Below are positions 7,923-17,207 of a DNA stretch of 35,021 nucleotides, in pieces; within the stretch, counting starts at the first letter, position 1; every line of letters starts with the position of its first letter. Both the position numbers and the translations under genes were made by a program. The stretch covers positions 1 to 35,021 of the forward strand of contig CAYGXH010000002.1 in assembly GCA_964353675.1 (NCBI GenBank), given 5' to 3'. The DNA is from an uncultured Chlorobiaceae bacterium. Lineage in GTDB: Bacteria > Bacteroidota > Ignavibacteria > UBA10030 > SZUA-254. The notes under the pieces are model-generated. The model ran no database searches. It was not told where the DNA came from and saw only the letters and a list, made by a program, of their open reading frames with translations.

Positions 7923-10172
7923 TCATTTTCTTATGACTGCAAGCTTGCCCATTGCCGTTGTATTTCCGTTGTCTGCGTATGCCACGACCAGATAAATACC
8001 TGTGGGGGCATAGTTGCCCTCCTCATCTTTTCCATCCCAAAAACCTATTCTTCCGCAGGGACACCTGAATTCCTTCACTACCTTTCCGCTCATGGAAAGA
8101 ATCTTGACGGAGGAAGACCATACGAGACCGTCAATCGTCAATGTGTTCGATCCGGGAATGTAGAAGGGATTCGGCGAAAGAGTAATTTCACCGTAAGAAA
8201 AGACCGGCGTTACAGCGGGTGTCGTGAGTGCGGAGAGTCCATTTTCGGTTCCCATATAAACGATACCGGTCCTGTGATCGATAGTGATGGAATTGACATC
8301 ATCATCAAGGAGTTTACCCCGCGTCGTTTCGACGGTATACCGTTCAAGAATAGACGTTCCGTCAGGTGAGAGTACAAAAACTCCGCGCTTCGTTGCGATC
8401 CATTTATTATCGCACTCATCAACCGCGATGGCCTGGATAACCTGATCGCGGAGCGGGTGGTAGGGCGCGACGCTTGCACGTGGATTACCCGGATTGAAGA
8501 TTATAGTGATCCCCTGATCCGACCCAATCCATACGCCGCCTTCCCGATCGAGGGCCAATGACCATACTTTATCGCTCGTCAATCCGTCTGTCGTCGTCAG
8601 CCTGCCCCATCCTAGCGTCGTCCCAGGCAATGCCCTTTCCTCATTGTAGTAGTAAAATCCGGATGGTGATTCGGGTTCAAACCGCGAGTAGTTGGAAAAC
8701 CACTTTGTGCCGTAGTAATCGATGAGGACATCCGTAAAGATATTGTAGGGACGCATACCGCACTTACCGAGGATACAACCACGGAGGTATGCAAAAATAC
8801 CGCCGGGCAGGTACTGTGTAAGGATCGTATCGCCGGGGGGCGTACGGCTGGTTATCCACACACGTCCCGATTGATCCTCTGCTACGCCTCCCACAACTGC
8901 ATATGTGGAGTCTGTGGGAATGCAGGGCGGGATTCCGTTGGTTGTGTTGAATGTCTCTCTGACGATTCCTTCGTTGTCTATTCGAACTATTCCTCCGCCC
9001 CAGTTACTCAGCCATTTCGTATTATCGCTCCCTATGCTCGCTTTATAAAATTCATTGTACCGGAATTCCGGATATTCGCGGGTTGTGTACCACTTCCATT
9101 CCTTTCCGTCATAACTCATGAATCCTTCGCCGTTCCGCGCTCCGGTACCCGCCCAGAGAATCCCGTTCAGATCGACGGCGATACCAACGAACCTGTTCGA
9201 TGGCGGACCGGGTGGAAGAACCGTAATCCATTCTGCGCCCTGGTTGAGAAGGAGACCGTCCTTTTCCGTTCCGAGGATGGAAGGACCTCCGATCATGCTC
9301 AACTGGCCGGTGAAAGAATAGATCAATTCAATTTCTGTGTCTAAGGTAAACGAGAACAGTTGATTCCTGCTGATGCAGTTTGCCGACGATCCGAAAGACA
9401 CAACATCCGTAACATTAATACCGGATGTGCCGGGAAGTTGATGCCAAACCGTATCGGTTAGTGAGGCAATACCATTTTCTGTACAGGCAACGATCGATCC
9501 CTGAACCACTGCCATGGCATGCACGTGATTTGACGGTAATCCCGATGCCGTAGTAAATTGTTTCCAAAGATCAGGGGCGCTGGGGTTTGGATTGGAAAGA
9601 GACGTATAGGCAATCCCGTCGGATGAACCGACATACATCATGCTGTCCATGATTACGAATGAAACCGCATCATCGACCAGAGAGTGAAGGTAATTTTCAA
9701 TGAATATGCCATCGGACACGGATAGGAGAGACACACCTATACCCGAAAGGATGAAGAGTGTGTCTCCATGGAGACTCAGATGATTAATGGTCTTATCGGC
9801 TCCATGATCCTGATCATCAGCGATTTGTGAAAAGTACCGCCATTCTCCGGTTGACGGAGTGTACTGATGGAGAACTCCGTTCTGGCTCCCGATCCAGATT
9901 GCTCCATTTTCTTCACAGGCAAGGGCTGTTACGCTATTAGTAAGGAGGCCTTCTGAGGTAGTAAATTCTTCGAAAGTACTTAGGGCAGGGTGATACATGA
10001 GCAAGCCGCCGCTCGTGGCGACCCAGTATATCGTAGTATCCTGGCGATCAGTTTGTATGTCGCGTACTTGCCGTTTTGATGTGTAACTTTTCCATTCACC
10101 GGGTCCACCGGGTGCCGGCACACTCCAGCACCACAAGACAATCACCAGCCAGCACGCTCGCACAGCACACAC
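7923..10172 (-). CDS. Secreted beta-propeller repeat protein (two-component-regulator-propeller type) with T9SS/FlgD-Ig-like C-terminal sorting domain
   Basis: 749 aa. Recurrent W-x-G-[ST]-x-x-G repeats (IWIGSQNGV, LWAGTGARNG, VWIGSDQGI, KWIATKRGV, VYMGTENGL). GTG start followed by a hydrophobic signal-like segment. Confidence 0.75.
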   Translation of the reverse strand: MCAVRACWLVIVLWCWSVPAPGGPGEWKSYTSKRQVRDIQTDRQDTTIYWVATSGGLLMYHPALSTFEEFTTSEGLLTNSVTALACEENGAIWIGSQNGVLHQYTPSTGEWRYFSQIADDQDHGADKTINHLSLHGDTLFILSGIGVSLLSVSDGIFIENYLHSLVDDAVSFVIMDSMMYVGSSDGIAYTSLSNPNPSAPDLWKQFTTASGLPSNHVHAMAVVQGSIVACTENGIASLTDTVWHQLPGTSGINVTDVVSFGSSANCISRNQLFSFTLDTEIELIYSFTGQLSMIGGPSILGTEKDGLLLNQGAEWITVLPPGPPSNRFVGIAVDLNGILWAGTGARNGEGFMSYDGKEWKWYTTREYPEFRYNEFYKASIGSDNTKWLSNWGGGIVRIDNEGIVRETFNTTNGIPPCIPTDSTYAVVGGVAEDQSGRVWITSRTPPGDTILTQYLPGGIFAYLRGCILGKCGMRPYNIFTDVLIDYYGTKWFSNYSRFEPESPSGFYYYNEERALPGTTLGWGRLTTTDGLTSDKVWSLALDREGGVWIGSDQGITIIFNPGNPRASVAPYHPLRDQVIQAIAVDECDNKWIATKRGVFVLSPDGTSILERYTVETTRGKLLDDDVNSITIDHRTGIVYMGTENGLSALTTPAVTPVFSYGEITLSPNPFYIPGSNTLTIDGLVWSSSVKILSMSGKVVKEFRCPCGRIGFWDGKDEEGNYAPTGIYLVVAYADNGNTTAMGKLAVIRK
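7926..8186 (-). other. T9SS type-A / FlgD-Ig-like C-terminal domain of the propeller protein
   Basis: The last ~87 aa read ITLSPNPF...VKILSMSGKVVKEF...WDGKDEEGNYAPTGIYLVVAYA...KLAVIRK. This follows the PNPF...G-x-V...W-x-G-x-D...G-x-Y pattern of T9SS sorting domains. Confidence 0.65.
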
Positions 10173-10187
10173 CGATTCTTGTATTGA

Positions 10188-10667
10188 TTATTTCTTTTTG
10201 CCGGAAATCTTTTTCGAGAGATCCGCGAGTTCTATCGCCGAAAGTGCGGCATCCCATCCTTTATTTCCGGCTTTCGTTCCCGCCCGCTCGATTGCCTGTT
10301 CAAGCGTATCGGTAGTCAGTACGCCGAAAACGATCGGAACATTTGTTTCAAGTGCAACGCGGTTAATGCCCACACTGACCGTATTTGCGATGTATTCAAA
10401 GTGAGGGGTATCTCCATGAACAATGCAACCAAGGCAGATGAGTGCGTCATGGTTACCTGTCAGCGCAACTTTCTGAGCAACTTGCGGTATTTCGTAGGCG
10501 CCCGGACAAAAAACGATATCGATTTCCTTTTCAGAAGCGCCATGCCGCTGCAGACAATCTATTGCGGAGTCGAGGAGGCGTTTCGTGATAAACTCATTGA
10601 ACCGGCTAACGATTATGCCGAACCGGTATGATGCTGCGAGAAGTTTTCCTTCGAGAATATTTGCCAT
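10188..10667 (-). CDS. ribH: 6,7-dimethyl-8-ribityllumazine synthase
   Basis: 159 aa. [20 protein letters not shown] and HFEYI blocks are typical of RibH. Confidence 0.92.
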   Translation of the reverse strand: MANILEGKLLAASYRFGIIVSRFNEFITKRLLDSAIDCLQRHGASEKEIDIVFCPGAYEIPQVAQKVALTGNHDALICLGCIVHGDTPHFEYIANTVSVGINRVALETNVPIVFGVLTTDTLEQAIERAGTKAGNKGWDAALSAIELADLSKKISGKKK

Positions 10668-10711
10668 AGAGGGTGAACTGTTTGAATGTTGAGAAGAATT
10701 GATAATTTATT

Positions 10712-11533
10712 TCAGAACAATCTTTTACGCATGATATCGATGGTAGAGACCGGTATCGAAAATTTACCAAATGTATTTTCATCTCCCCGGTCGCCGCCGT
10801 GAAAATCTGACCCACCGCTTTCGAGGAGGCAGTATTCATCTACAATACCCTTATAGTAGTAGACCAAATCCGGGGAATGGCTCGGGTGGATCACCTCGAT
10901 ACCATCGAGACCCGCATTGATCAGCTGTACAATCATTTCCTCGCTCGTCGATTTCCCCGGATGAGCCAGAAAGGATAAGCCGCCGGCTTTGGAAATTAAC
11001 TTGACCGTCTCTTCGGGCGAAAAATTCCACTTCTGCTCATATGCAGGCCGTCCGTCACCGATATACTTATCGAAAGCCGCATGGTACGAGTTGGCATGAC
11101 CTCCTTCCACAAGTGTGTTGGCAATGTGGGGACGTCCGACCGAATCACCCGTAACATGTCCCAGGACGGATTCAATAGTAATCGGGATCTTCATATCGTT
11201 CAGTTTCCCAACGATACGTTCGGCTCTCTTTAGCCGTTCACTCCGAAATCCGGCCAGTGACGATACAAGCTCATTATTCTTGTAATCTATGAAGTAACCG
11301 AGGATATGTACTTCGGTACTGGTGTAGTTGGCGCTTAACTCAATCCCCGCGATAACTTCTACTCCGATATCTCGCCCGGCTTCTATTGCTGGCTCAATGC
11401 CGCCGATGCTGTCGTGGTCGGTAATACTTATGATATCAAGACCGGCCTGCTTCGCCCTCGTCACAATTTCGATCGGCGATAGTATACCATCGGAATACAG
11501 TGAGTGTATGTGTAAATCCGCCTTCTTGTTCAT
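10712..11533 (-). CDS. PHP-domain metal-dependent phosphoesterase (TrpH/YciV-like)
   Basis: ADLHIHSLYSDG N-terminal His motif, ITDHD, later HP and DFHG motifs. Strong SD GGGAGGG upstream. Confidence 0.85.
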   Translation of the reverse strand: MNKKADLHIHSLYSDGILSPIEIVTRAKQAGLDIISITDHDSIGGIEPAIEAGRDIGVEVIAGIELSANYTSTEVHILGYFIDYKNNELVSSLAGFRSERLKRAERIVGKLNDMKIPITIESVLGHVTGDSVGRPHIANTLVEGGHANSYHAAFDKYIGDGRPAYEQKWNFSPEETVKLISKAGGLSFLAHPGKSTSEEMIVQLINAGLDGIEVIHPSHSPDLVYYYKGIVDEYCLLESGGSDFHGGDRGDENTFGKFSIPVSTIDIMRKRLF

Positions 11534-11556
11534 TTTCCCTCCCGGGACATATTGAG

Positions 11557-12318
11557 TTATACGAATAAACTTTTAAATTTTTCGTAGTCGGCGACAATTA
11601 ACTTGTTGCCTCTGAGTTCCAGATGCCCTTTCTTAATAAAACTATGGATGACACGCGATATGGTTTCACGTGATGTACCTGCCATATTCGCGAGATCCTG
11701 CTGCAGGGGTAATTCATCAATTTCAACTCTTCCCTTTCGGATTGTTCCGATGTCGTCAGCCAGCTGAACAATCACGTTCGCCACTCTGCCGGCCGCGTCT
11801 TTTAATGATAAACTCTTGATCTGGGAATCGGCTTTGCGAAGACGCATTGTCAATTCCTTGAGAAGCGAAATCGCAACCGACGGGACATCCTGCATCAGCT
11901 TTAAAAAATCGCGACGGTGAACCATGAAAAGTTCGGTTTTTGTGATTGCAACTACGCTCGCCGACCGGGAAAGTCCGTCAAGAATCGACATCTCTCCAAA
12001 AAAATCATTCTCGCCGAGAATTGACAAGATAACTTCCCGCCCGTCGTCATCTGTTCTTACTATTTTCACCTTACCGGATATGATGACAAAAAGAGCCGCA
12101 CCAGTTTCCTCCTCGAGCAGGATAATGCTCCCCTTTTTGTATTTTTTTCTTACGCCTACACGAACAATTTTTGCCAGCTCCGTGACTTCAATATCGGCAA
12201 AGACGGGAACATTGCGAACAAATTCCATGGCTTCGCCAAGATCAGGTGTAAGGGGTTGCTGCGGTATTGTCGGAAGATTCATAGGTTTCTCATCTTTTCT
12301 GTTCTGGGGGATACCCAT
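11557..12318 (-). CDS. Crp/Fnr-family transcriptional regulator (cNMP-binding domain + C-terminal HTH)
   Basis: cNMP-binding block FFGEMSIL...RSASVVA and HTH block LANMAGTSRETISRVIHSF. The ORF-track start at 12375 is a TTG lying inside a candidate -35 box, so I use the first downstream ATG (12318). ATGs at 12282 and 12228 remain possible. Confidence 0.85.
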   Translation of the reverse strand: MGIPQNRKDEKPMNLPTIPQQPLTPDLGEAMEFVRNVPVFADIEVTELAKIVRVGVRKKYKKGSIILLEEETGAALFVIISGKVKIVRTDDDGREVILSILGENDFFGEMSILDGLSRSASVVAITKTELFMVHRRDFLKLMQDVPSVAISLLKELTMRLRKADSQIKSLSLKDAAGRVANVIVQLADDIGTIRKGRVEIDELPLQQDLANMAGTSRETISRVIHSFIKKGHLELRGNKLIVADYEKFKSLFV

Positions 12319-12346
12319 ACTTTCAATGATATATGAACGTGGACAT

Positions 12347-12375
12347 AATATAATTGAGATGTTGCTGAAAGTCAA
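12347..12375 (-). promoter_or_regulatory. Candidate sigma70-type promoter of the Crp/Fnr gene
   Basis: The minus strand reads TTGACT-ttcagcaacatctcaat-TATATT (17-nt spacer). Hexamers are identical to the yceD promoter candidate. Confidence 0.45.
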
Positions 12376-12399
12376 GTATTTTCGGGGATTTTCCGGTTT

Positions 12400-13203
12400 T
12401 CATTGAGAAAAAAGGAGATACGACAACAAGAAAAAGCTCATTTCTGCAACTACAAGAGATACCCCTGAAGCAGTATCGAATGAACGAACCCTATCCAAGG
12501 CAACCGCATCTCCCGTTCGCTGATAATCATTGTAATAATTATCAGCTTTAATCTTACAATAAGCTGCTGCCGCCCCTGCTAGTACCGTTGCACCTGCGGA
12601 GAGGTAAACAGACGTATACCCCTTTGAAGTTATCGGTGAAATGTAGAGCGATTCGTTGTTTATATCCGGGATAACGGATCGTTCCAGATCGAGGTGATAT
12701 TGTTGACGGTTGACCGGAAGATCTGTTGTGATACTTCGAAATCCATCCTTTGAGATGAATAAACTGATGCTCTCACCAAACACGGGTATCATGAATGGCG
12801 TTATACCATAAACTGAGTCTCCAATCGCTACATCAGCATTAAACGGATTCGTCGATATACGGCATAGATGCGGGAATCTAACATTGCGCACAATATGCTC
12901 ATGAGGTTTCAGCTGAACAGTTTCCACAACGGCATGCAAGAACCAGTTGCGGTTATCAGGATGAATGAACCGCATGATATGAAAGCCGCTCGACACCCGA
13001 ATGCTTTCCTGCGGAGCTAAACCAAAAAATAACGTATCTACATAGATCCGAACTCCGCCGATCGGACTCACAACACTTATGCTCGAATACGCGGACAAAG
13101 AATCATAGGTATCCGAACTATCCGGGGTATTCTGCTGTGGCATGCATATATCTCGATTCCCTTGCAGAAGAAGCAGAGCGAAAACATACGGGAGCAGTTT
13201 CAT
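12400..13203 (-). CDS. PEGA-domain envelope protein with hydrophobic C-terminal segments
   Basis: Signal-like N-terminus MKLLPYVFALLLL. Two PEGA-like units (VRIYVDTLFFGLAPQE..., ADVAIGDSVYGITPFMIP...ISKDGF). Hydrophobic stretches SAGATVLAGAAAAY and SLVVAEMSFFLLSYLLF. Its ATG shares 1 nt with the upstream stop (TAATG). Confidence 0.6.
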   Translation of the reverse strand: MKLLPYVFALLLLQGNRDICMPQQNTPDSSDTYDSLSAYSSISVVSPIGGVRIYVDTLFFGLAPQESIRVSSGFHIMRFIHPDNRNWFLHAVVETVQLKPHEHIVRNVRFPHLCRISTNPFNADVAIGDSVYGITPFMIPVFGESISLFISKDGFRSITTDLPVNRQQYHLDLERSVIPDINNESLYISPITSKGYTSVYLSAGATVLAGAAAAYCKIKADNYYNDYQRTGDAVALDRVRSFDTASGVSLVVAEMSFFLLSYLLFSQ

Positions 13204-14354
13204 TATTGAGATCTCCCCTGAAATCCGACAAGTGATCGGCTTTCAACAATAAGAAAAAGTAATTGTCTGTACACCAACGGCGATGTTTTTATGCGTCCGC
13301 TGCATCTACGTTCATCGACGATTTCCCCGTTCTCCAGCAATAGTGTGTATAATACTTTATCGAGGTTCCCTACGTACACCATGGAACCCGAAATCACCGG
13401 TGCGCTTGTAACGACACCCCCCGTCTCGCGCGTCCAAAGCTTTTCCCCGCTCCGACGATCCAGACACCATACAATCCCGTCGACACATCCGGCTACAACA
13501 CTCTTCTCGTTCACAGCCGGAGAGGAATATATACTGGCGCTGAGTTTTTTTCTCCATTCCAACAATCCCGTGCAGATAGAAAATGAGTAGATACAGCTGT
13601 CAGCCGAACAAACGTATACATGCTCTTCGAAGATTGCAGGTGAGGCGATAATGTCTCCGCCTGTTTGGGCTATCCAGTCTACCGTACCGTCTTTCCGCAT
13701 GGAGAAAATATTCCCGTCATCGCAGCAGAAGATAACAGATGTGCCGTCACTCGCCGGTGACGAGCGTATTAGTCGTTTTTTTGATACTGATGAAACTGAA
13801 TATTTCCAATCGATACTCCCGGTTTCGGCATCGATGCAGTAGAGCTCTCCATTCAGAGTCCCAAGGTACAATTTCGTATTAAAAAGGAGCGGCGAGGATT
13901 CTACATCGCCTATCCTGAGTCTCCACAGTTCTTTGGCAGTATGAAAATTGTAAGCGATTACACTCGGCTGTGTATTCGTAAGTACAACATAGACGATATC
14001 ACCATTAACGACAGGCGTGCCGACAATCGCAGATCCCATCTTCTTTTTCCCGTATACGCTCCCGTCACGGATGTGAACAACCTGAATTTCACCGCGGAGA
14101 TTGCCGATGAATAGCAGGCTATCCACCACTGCCGGCGGATATGAACTTGTCCCTGCTCCCAGGTCAATCTCCCACATAGAATCGAGCGGCGGCGCAACAG
14201 CAGAAATGGAAGCATTATTGCGCTCCGTTGTATATCCGTACATAGGCACATCATCCCCGCTCCAATTGAGCGTCTGCCGTAGAGAGAGACGGTTGCATCC
14301 CTCCATAGTGACGAGGGCAACCAAGAGAGTCATGATGTAAATCTTTTTCATCAT
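13203..14354 (-). CDS. PQQ-like beta-propeller repeat protein (BamB-like), possible lipoprotein
   Basis: Repeats of the BamB/PQQ_2 type (VIAYNFHTAKELWRL, LYCIDAETGSIDWKY, IYSFSICTGLLEWRK, VWCLDRRSGEKLWTR). N-terminal MMKKIYIMTLLVALVTMEGC is signal-like with a non-canonical lipobox. Directly abuts the upstream stop. Confidence 0.75.
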   Translation of the reverse strand: MMKKIYIMTLLVALVTMEGCNRLSLRQTLNWSGDDVPMYGYTTERNNASISAVAPPLDSMWEIDLGAGTSSYPPAVVDSLLFIGNLRGEIQVVHIRDGSVYGKKKMGSAIVGTPVVNGDIVYVVLTNTQPSVIAYNFHTAKELWRLRIGDVESSPLLFNTKLYLGTLNGELYCIDAETGSIDWKYSVSSVSKKRLIRSSPASDGTSVIFCCDDGNIFSMRKDGTVDWIAQTGGDIIASPAIFEEHVYVCSADSCIYSFSICTGLLEWRKKLSASIYSSPAVNEKSVVAGCVDGIVWCLDRRSGEKLWTRETGGVVTSAPVISGSMVYVGNLDKVLYTLLLENGEIVDERRCSGRIKTSPLVYRQLLFLIVESRSLVGFQGRSQ

Positions 14355-17207
14355 TTAAAAATCCCAACCAAAGAAAAACTGGTGGAATATATCCCCCTGC
14401 AGAGTTCTGAAGTTGTTCTCTATTCTCTTCCCTATATCATACCGCAGAACCAGGAATCCCGCGATATTTAGACGCATACCGCATCCGATACTGCCGAATG
14501 TCCGCCTGTACTCTTCGTCCCACGCATTTCCGGCATCGACAAACAGAGCGCCGCGAATGTCAAAGAAGGTTATACCTACGATGGGAAACTTCAGGGATAT
14601 CTGATCAAGAAATGGAAATCGGAGTTCATTTGTGATCAGCCATAGTTTCTTCCCTCTCAGTGACCACCGCGGATATCCCCGCAAGTCCCAGCTTCCTCCC
14701 ATGAAGAATCTGCGTGCTTCCCGGCCGTCGTTATAGAAGAGCCAGAGACGTACCGCATGGGCGGATCGCGATGCGAGTCGGAAATAATGACGGTAATCGA
14801 AGATAACCGAATAGTAGTTTGCATGAGAGTATTGTATGTCGGTTGTATAAGCCAGTGTTACATTATAGCGGCTTCCATCAAGCGGACCGGTAGGGCCCCA
14901 CAGAGAGTTATCGTGTGTGAAGGAGAGCGAATTCGAGAGAAAGAGAGCTTCCCGGGCATCGTCCACATTATCGCGATCAGGAGCGGAGAAAAGCCACTCC
15001 TGCCCGGCATCTTTCTCAGAATTGCTGATACTCACGGTAAGGGCAATCCGTCGGAAGACAGATAGTGGGTAGCTGAGAGCGGCATACGCTCCGAAAACCC
15101 TTTCAAAGAAGAATTCATCCGGATCGGTCAGATCGTACCGCCGGCCGCTGAATCGGTAAACGCCATACGCATAGTGTGTTCGGTGCTGAAGCGAAACACG
15201 GGAAACCGCAATATTAAAACTTGACAGGATTTCATCGGTTGTTTGTGCAGTATTGTAAATAAGAAAGTTATAGTTTTCGTTGCCGAGGAAATCGCTCATG
15301 GATAAATACGCACCGCCTGCAGTACCGAATACGGGATCTGTTGTAACCTGACTCTGAGCAAAATCCAGACTATATTCCTCTGAATACCGATATAATCCTT
15401 CCCGCATCACTCCTTCAATCGACGCGGGTTTCCACGGCTGATCCCATGCAATAAAATCAATTGAGTGTTTTATTGTCGAGGAATCGTACGCCGCGTACGG
15501 ATCTGACAGAGCGCGCAGATGAAAACGAAAGTCCTCGAAAGAAACGAAAACTCCCAATCCGCCGGCCCAGACGGGATCGAAAGCGGCCGTGGTGAACCGA
15601 GTGATCTGTCTCATTTCCTGCGGTGCATCAGGGTTATCAAGCTTAATCATCCATACGTTTCTCGCGCCGCCGATATCGGACGTAAACATCAGAGCGCATC
15701 CGTCGGATGAAACTTGCGGCGAGTAATAACTCTCTTTACCGTAGGTCATGTACCGTATTGAGTTCGTTGTGAGGTCGTACGTGAAGAGATTGTGCGCGCC
15801 ATTTTTTCCAAACGGTGTCCGGTCCGATGTGAACACAATTTTATCTCCGGCCGGAAACCATGCGGGATCTCTATCATCGTAAAAATCATTCGTGAGTTTC
15901 TCGAGAGTCTCCTCGGCGAGGTTCCAGACATAGAGATCGCTTTTGCCCGATATCTCCACGGCAGTAAATGCAAGCTTATCTCCGTCCGGCGACCAGGCAA
16001 CTGTCCCAATTACGACCAGGTCGCGGAAGCAATAAGTCCGCACAATCCGTCCGGCTTTTAAGTCGTAGAGGTGAATCGCATCATTCTCTCCGCTCTTTGC
16101 GGCAAATGCGATGATACCGCTCCCCGATATATCAATGTTGTTCTGGAAGAAATGGAATTTTTCCAATTCATCCGATTTTTCTCCCTGGACAACGAGTGTC
16201 GGTTTACGGGAAGGATCGTGCAAATTACTATCGAGATCAATTCTGTAAATACTCGTATAACCCGAATGATTCCCAATGAAGTAAATTTCACGTGAGTCCC
16301 CGTTCTGAAAATAATCAGGTTTGGAGTTAAATCCCTCCTGGACCAATCCTCTTGTCACCCCGCTCGGCTGATCTGATTCGGCAAGAAGAGGGTAATACTG
16401 TTTTTTAAGAGCGTAGAGCCACTCTTCATCGAATTTTTTATAATTGACGCCTAAAGCTTCCTCGAATGTTTTTTCAAAGTCAATCGTCTTCCATAAATTT
16501 TCCAGCATCATTACGAGCTTCTCATCGCTGAACTTTCTGCCGATGTACTGGAGTATATTCTGACCTTCTTTATACATTAGGAATGTTCCGTAGATTTTAT
16601 CCATATCGCTCAGGGGGGTGATATAATCCCTAAGCACGGCATCGCGCATAACCATTTCGGACTGGACATCCCACTCATTCGACCAGTACTCGGCAAGACC
16701 TTCAACAAACCAGAGCGGCGGCAAACGGCCCTGCAGGAGTCGGTGGTCAAAGAGCACGCGATTCACTTTACTGTACATGAAAACATGAACAAGCTCGTGT
16801 TTTATCACATGGTGAAAATCTCGCATTGAACCGGTGTACGGGATAACGACGCGTCCTTTCAGGAATTCAAAGAATCCGCCGACACCATCAGGGACCAGCC
16901 CCGGGGTCGTGTTCGTCTGCTGAAAATGCAGCTGAGAACTGTAAAAAATCAGGGGAATTTGTTCTGAAACGGTATGAATAAATTTCTGCTGCAGATCGGC
17001 AAAGCTTTGCTCTGCAAAAGAGGCGCCGTATTTCGCAAGTTCTTCCATTTCCGGGTAATAATAGATATCGAAATGTTTTGTCTTCAGTACATGCCAGTCA
17101 AAATCAGTATAATGAACTTTATTGCGTCCGAAGGTGAAGAACTGTGCCTGGACCGTTGCGGCGTTTAGGAAGAAAATGATGAAGTATAAAAAATATGTGC
17201 GGAACAT
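14355..17207 (-). CDS. Outer-membrane fusion protein: HExxH (peptidase-MA-like) domain + TolB/PD40-like propeller + Omp85-type beta-barrel
   Basis: The signal peptide MFRTYFLYFIIFFLNAATVQA starts at the ATG at 17207. The ORF-track start at 17282 is a TTG. HELVH plus a Glu in FVEGLAEYW. PD40-like repeats (VAWSPDGDKLAFTA, AWFPAGDKIVFTSDR, SSDGCALMFTSD). C-terminal barrel motifs GGSWDLRGYP, NELRFPF, FVDAGNAW, terminal FFFGWDF. Confidence 0.8.
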   Translation of the reverse strand: MFRTYFLYFIIFFLNAATVQAQFFTFGRNKVHYTDFDWHVLKTKHFDIYYYPEMEELAKYGASFAEQSFADLQQKFIHTVSEQIPLIFYSSQLHFQQTNTTPGLVPDGVGGFFEFLKGRVVIPYTGSMRDFHHVIKHELVHVFMYSKVNRVLFDHRLLQGRLPPLWFVEGLAEYWSNEWDVQSEMVMRDAVLRDYITPLSDMDKIYGTFLMYKEGQNILQYIGRKFSDEKLVMMLENLWKTIDFEKTFEEALGVNYKKFDEEWLYALKKQYYPLLAESDQPSGVTRGLVQEGFNSKPDYFQNGDSREIYFIGNHSGYTSIYRIDLDSNLHDPSRKPTLVVQGEKSDELEKFHFFQNNIDISGSGIIAFAAKSGENDAIHLYDLKAGRIVRTYCFRDLVVIGTVAWSPDGDKLAFTAVEISGKSDLYVWNLAEETLEKLTNDFYDDRDPAWFPAGDKIVFTSDRTPFGKNGAHNLFTYDLTTNSIRYMTYGKESYYSPQVSSDGCALMFTSDIGGARNVWMIKLDNPDAPQEMRQITRFTTAAFDPVWAGGLGVFVSFEDFRFHLRALSDPYAAYDSSTIKHSIDFIAWDQPWKPASIEGVMREGLYRYSEEYSLDFAQSQVTTDPVFGTAGGAYLSMSDFLGNENYNFLIYNTAQTTDEILSSFNIAVSRVSLQHRTHYAYGVYRFSGRRYDLTDPDEFFFERVFGAYAALSYPLSVFRRIALTVSISNSEKDAGQEWLFSAPDRDNVDDAREALFLSNSLSFTHDNSLWGPTGPLDGSRYNVTLAYTTDIQYSHANYYSVIFDYRHYFRLASRSAHAVRLWLFYNDGREARRFFMGGSWDLRGYPRWSLRGKKLWLITNELRFPFLDQISLKFPIVGITFFDIRGALFVDAGNAWDEEYRRTFGSIGCGMRLNIAGFLVLRYDIGKRIENNFRTLQGDIFHQFFFGWDF
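16785..16799 (-). other. HExxH zinc-binding motif (HELVH) of the fusion protein
   Basis: The given strand atgaacaagctcgtg is the reverse complement of CAC GAG CTT GTT CAT. A candidate third ligand Glu lies 28 residues downstream (codon 16701-16703). Confidence 0.6.

Noticed and set aside
10668-10711. FMN riboswitch upstream of ribH
   Set aside because: Only 44 nt separate ribH from the preceding gene, far too short for an FMN element.
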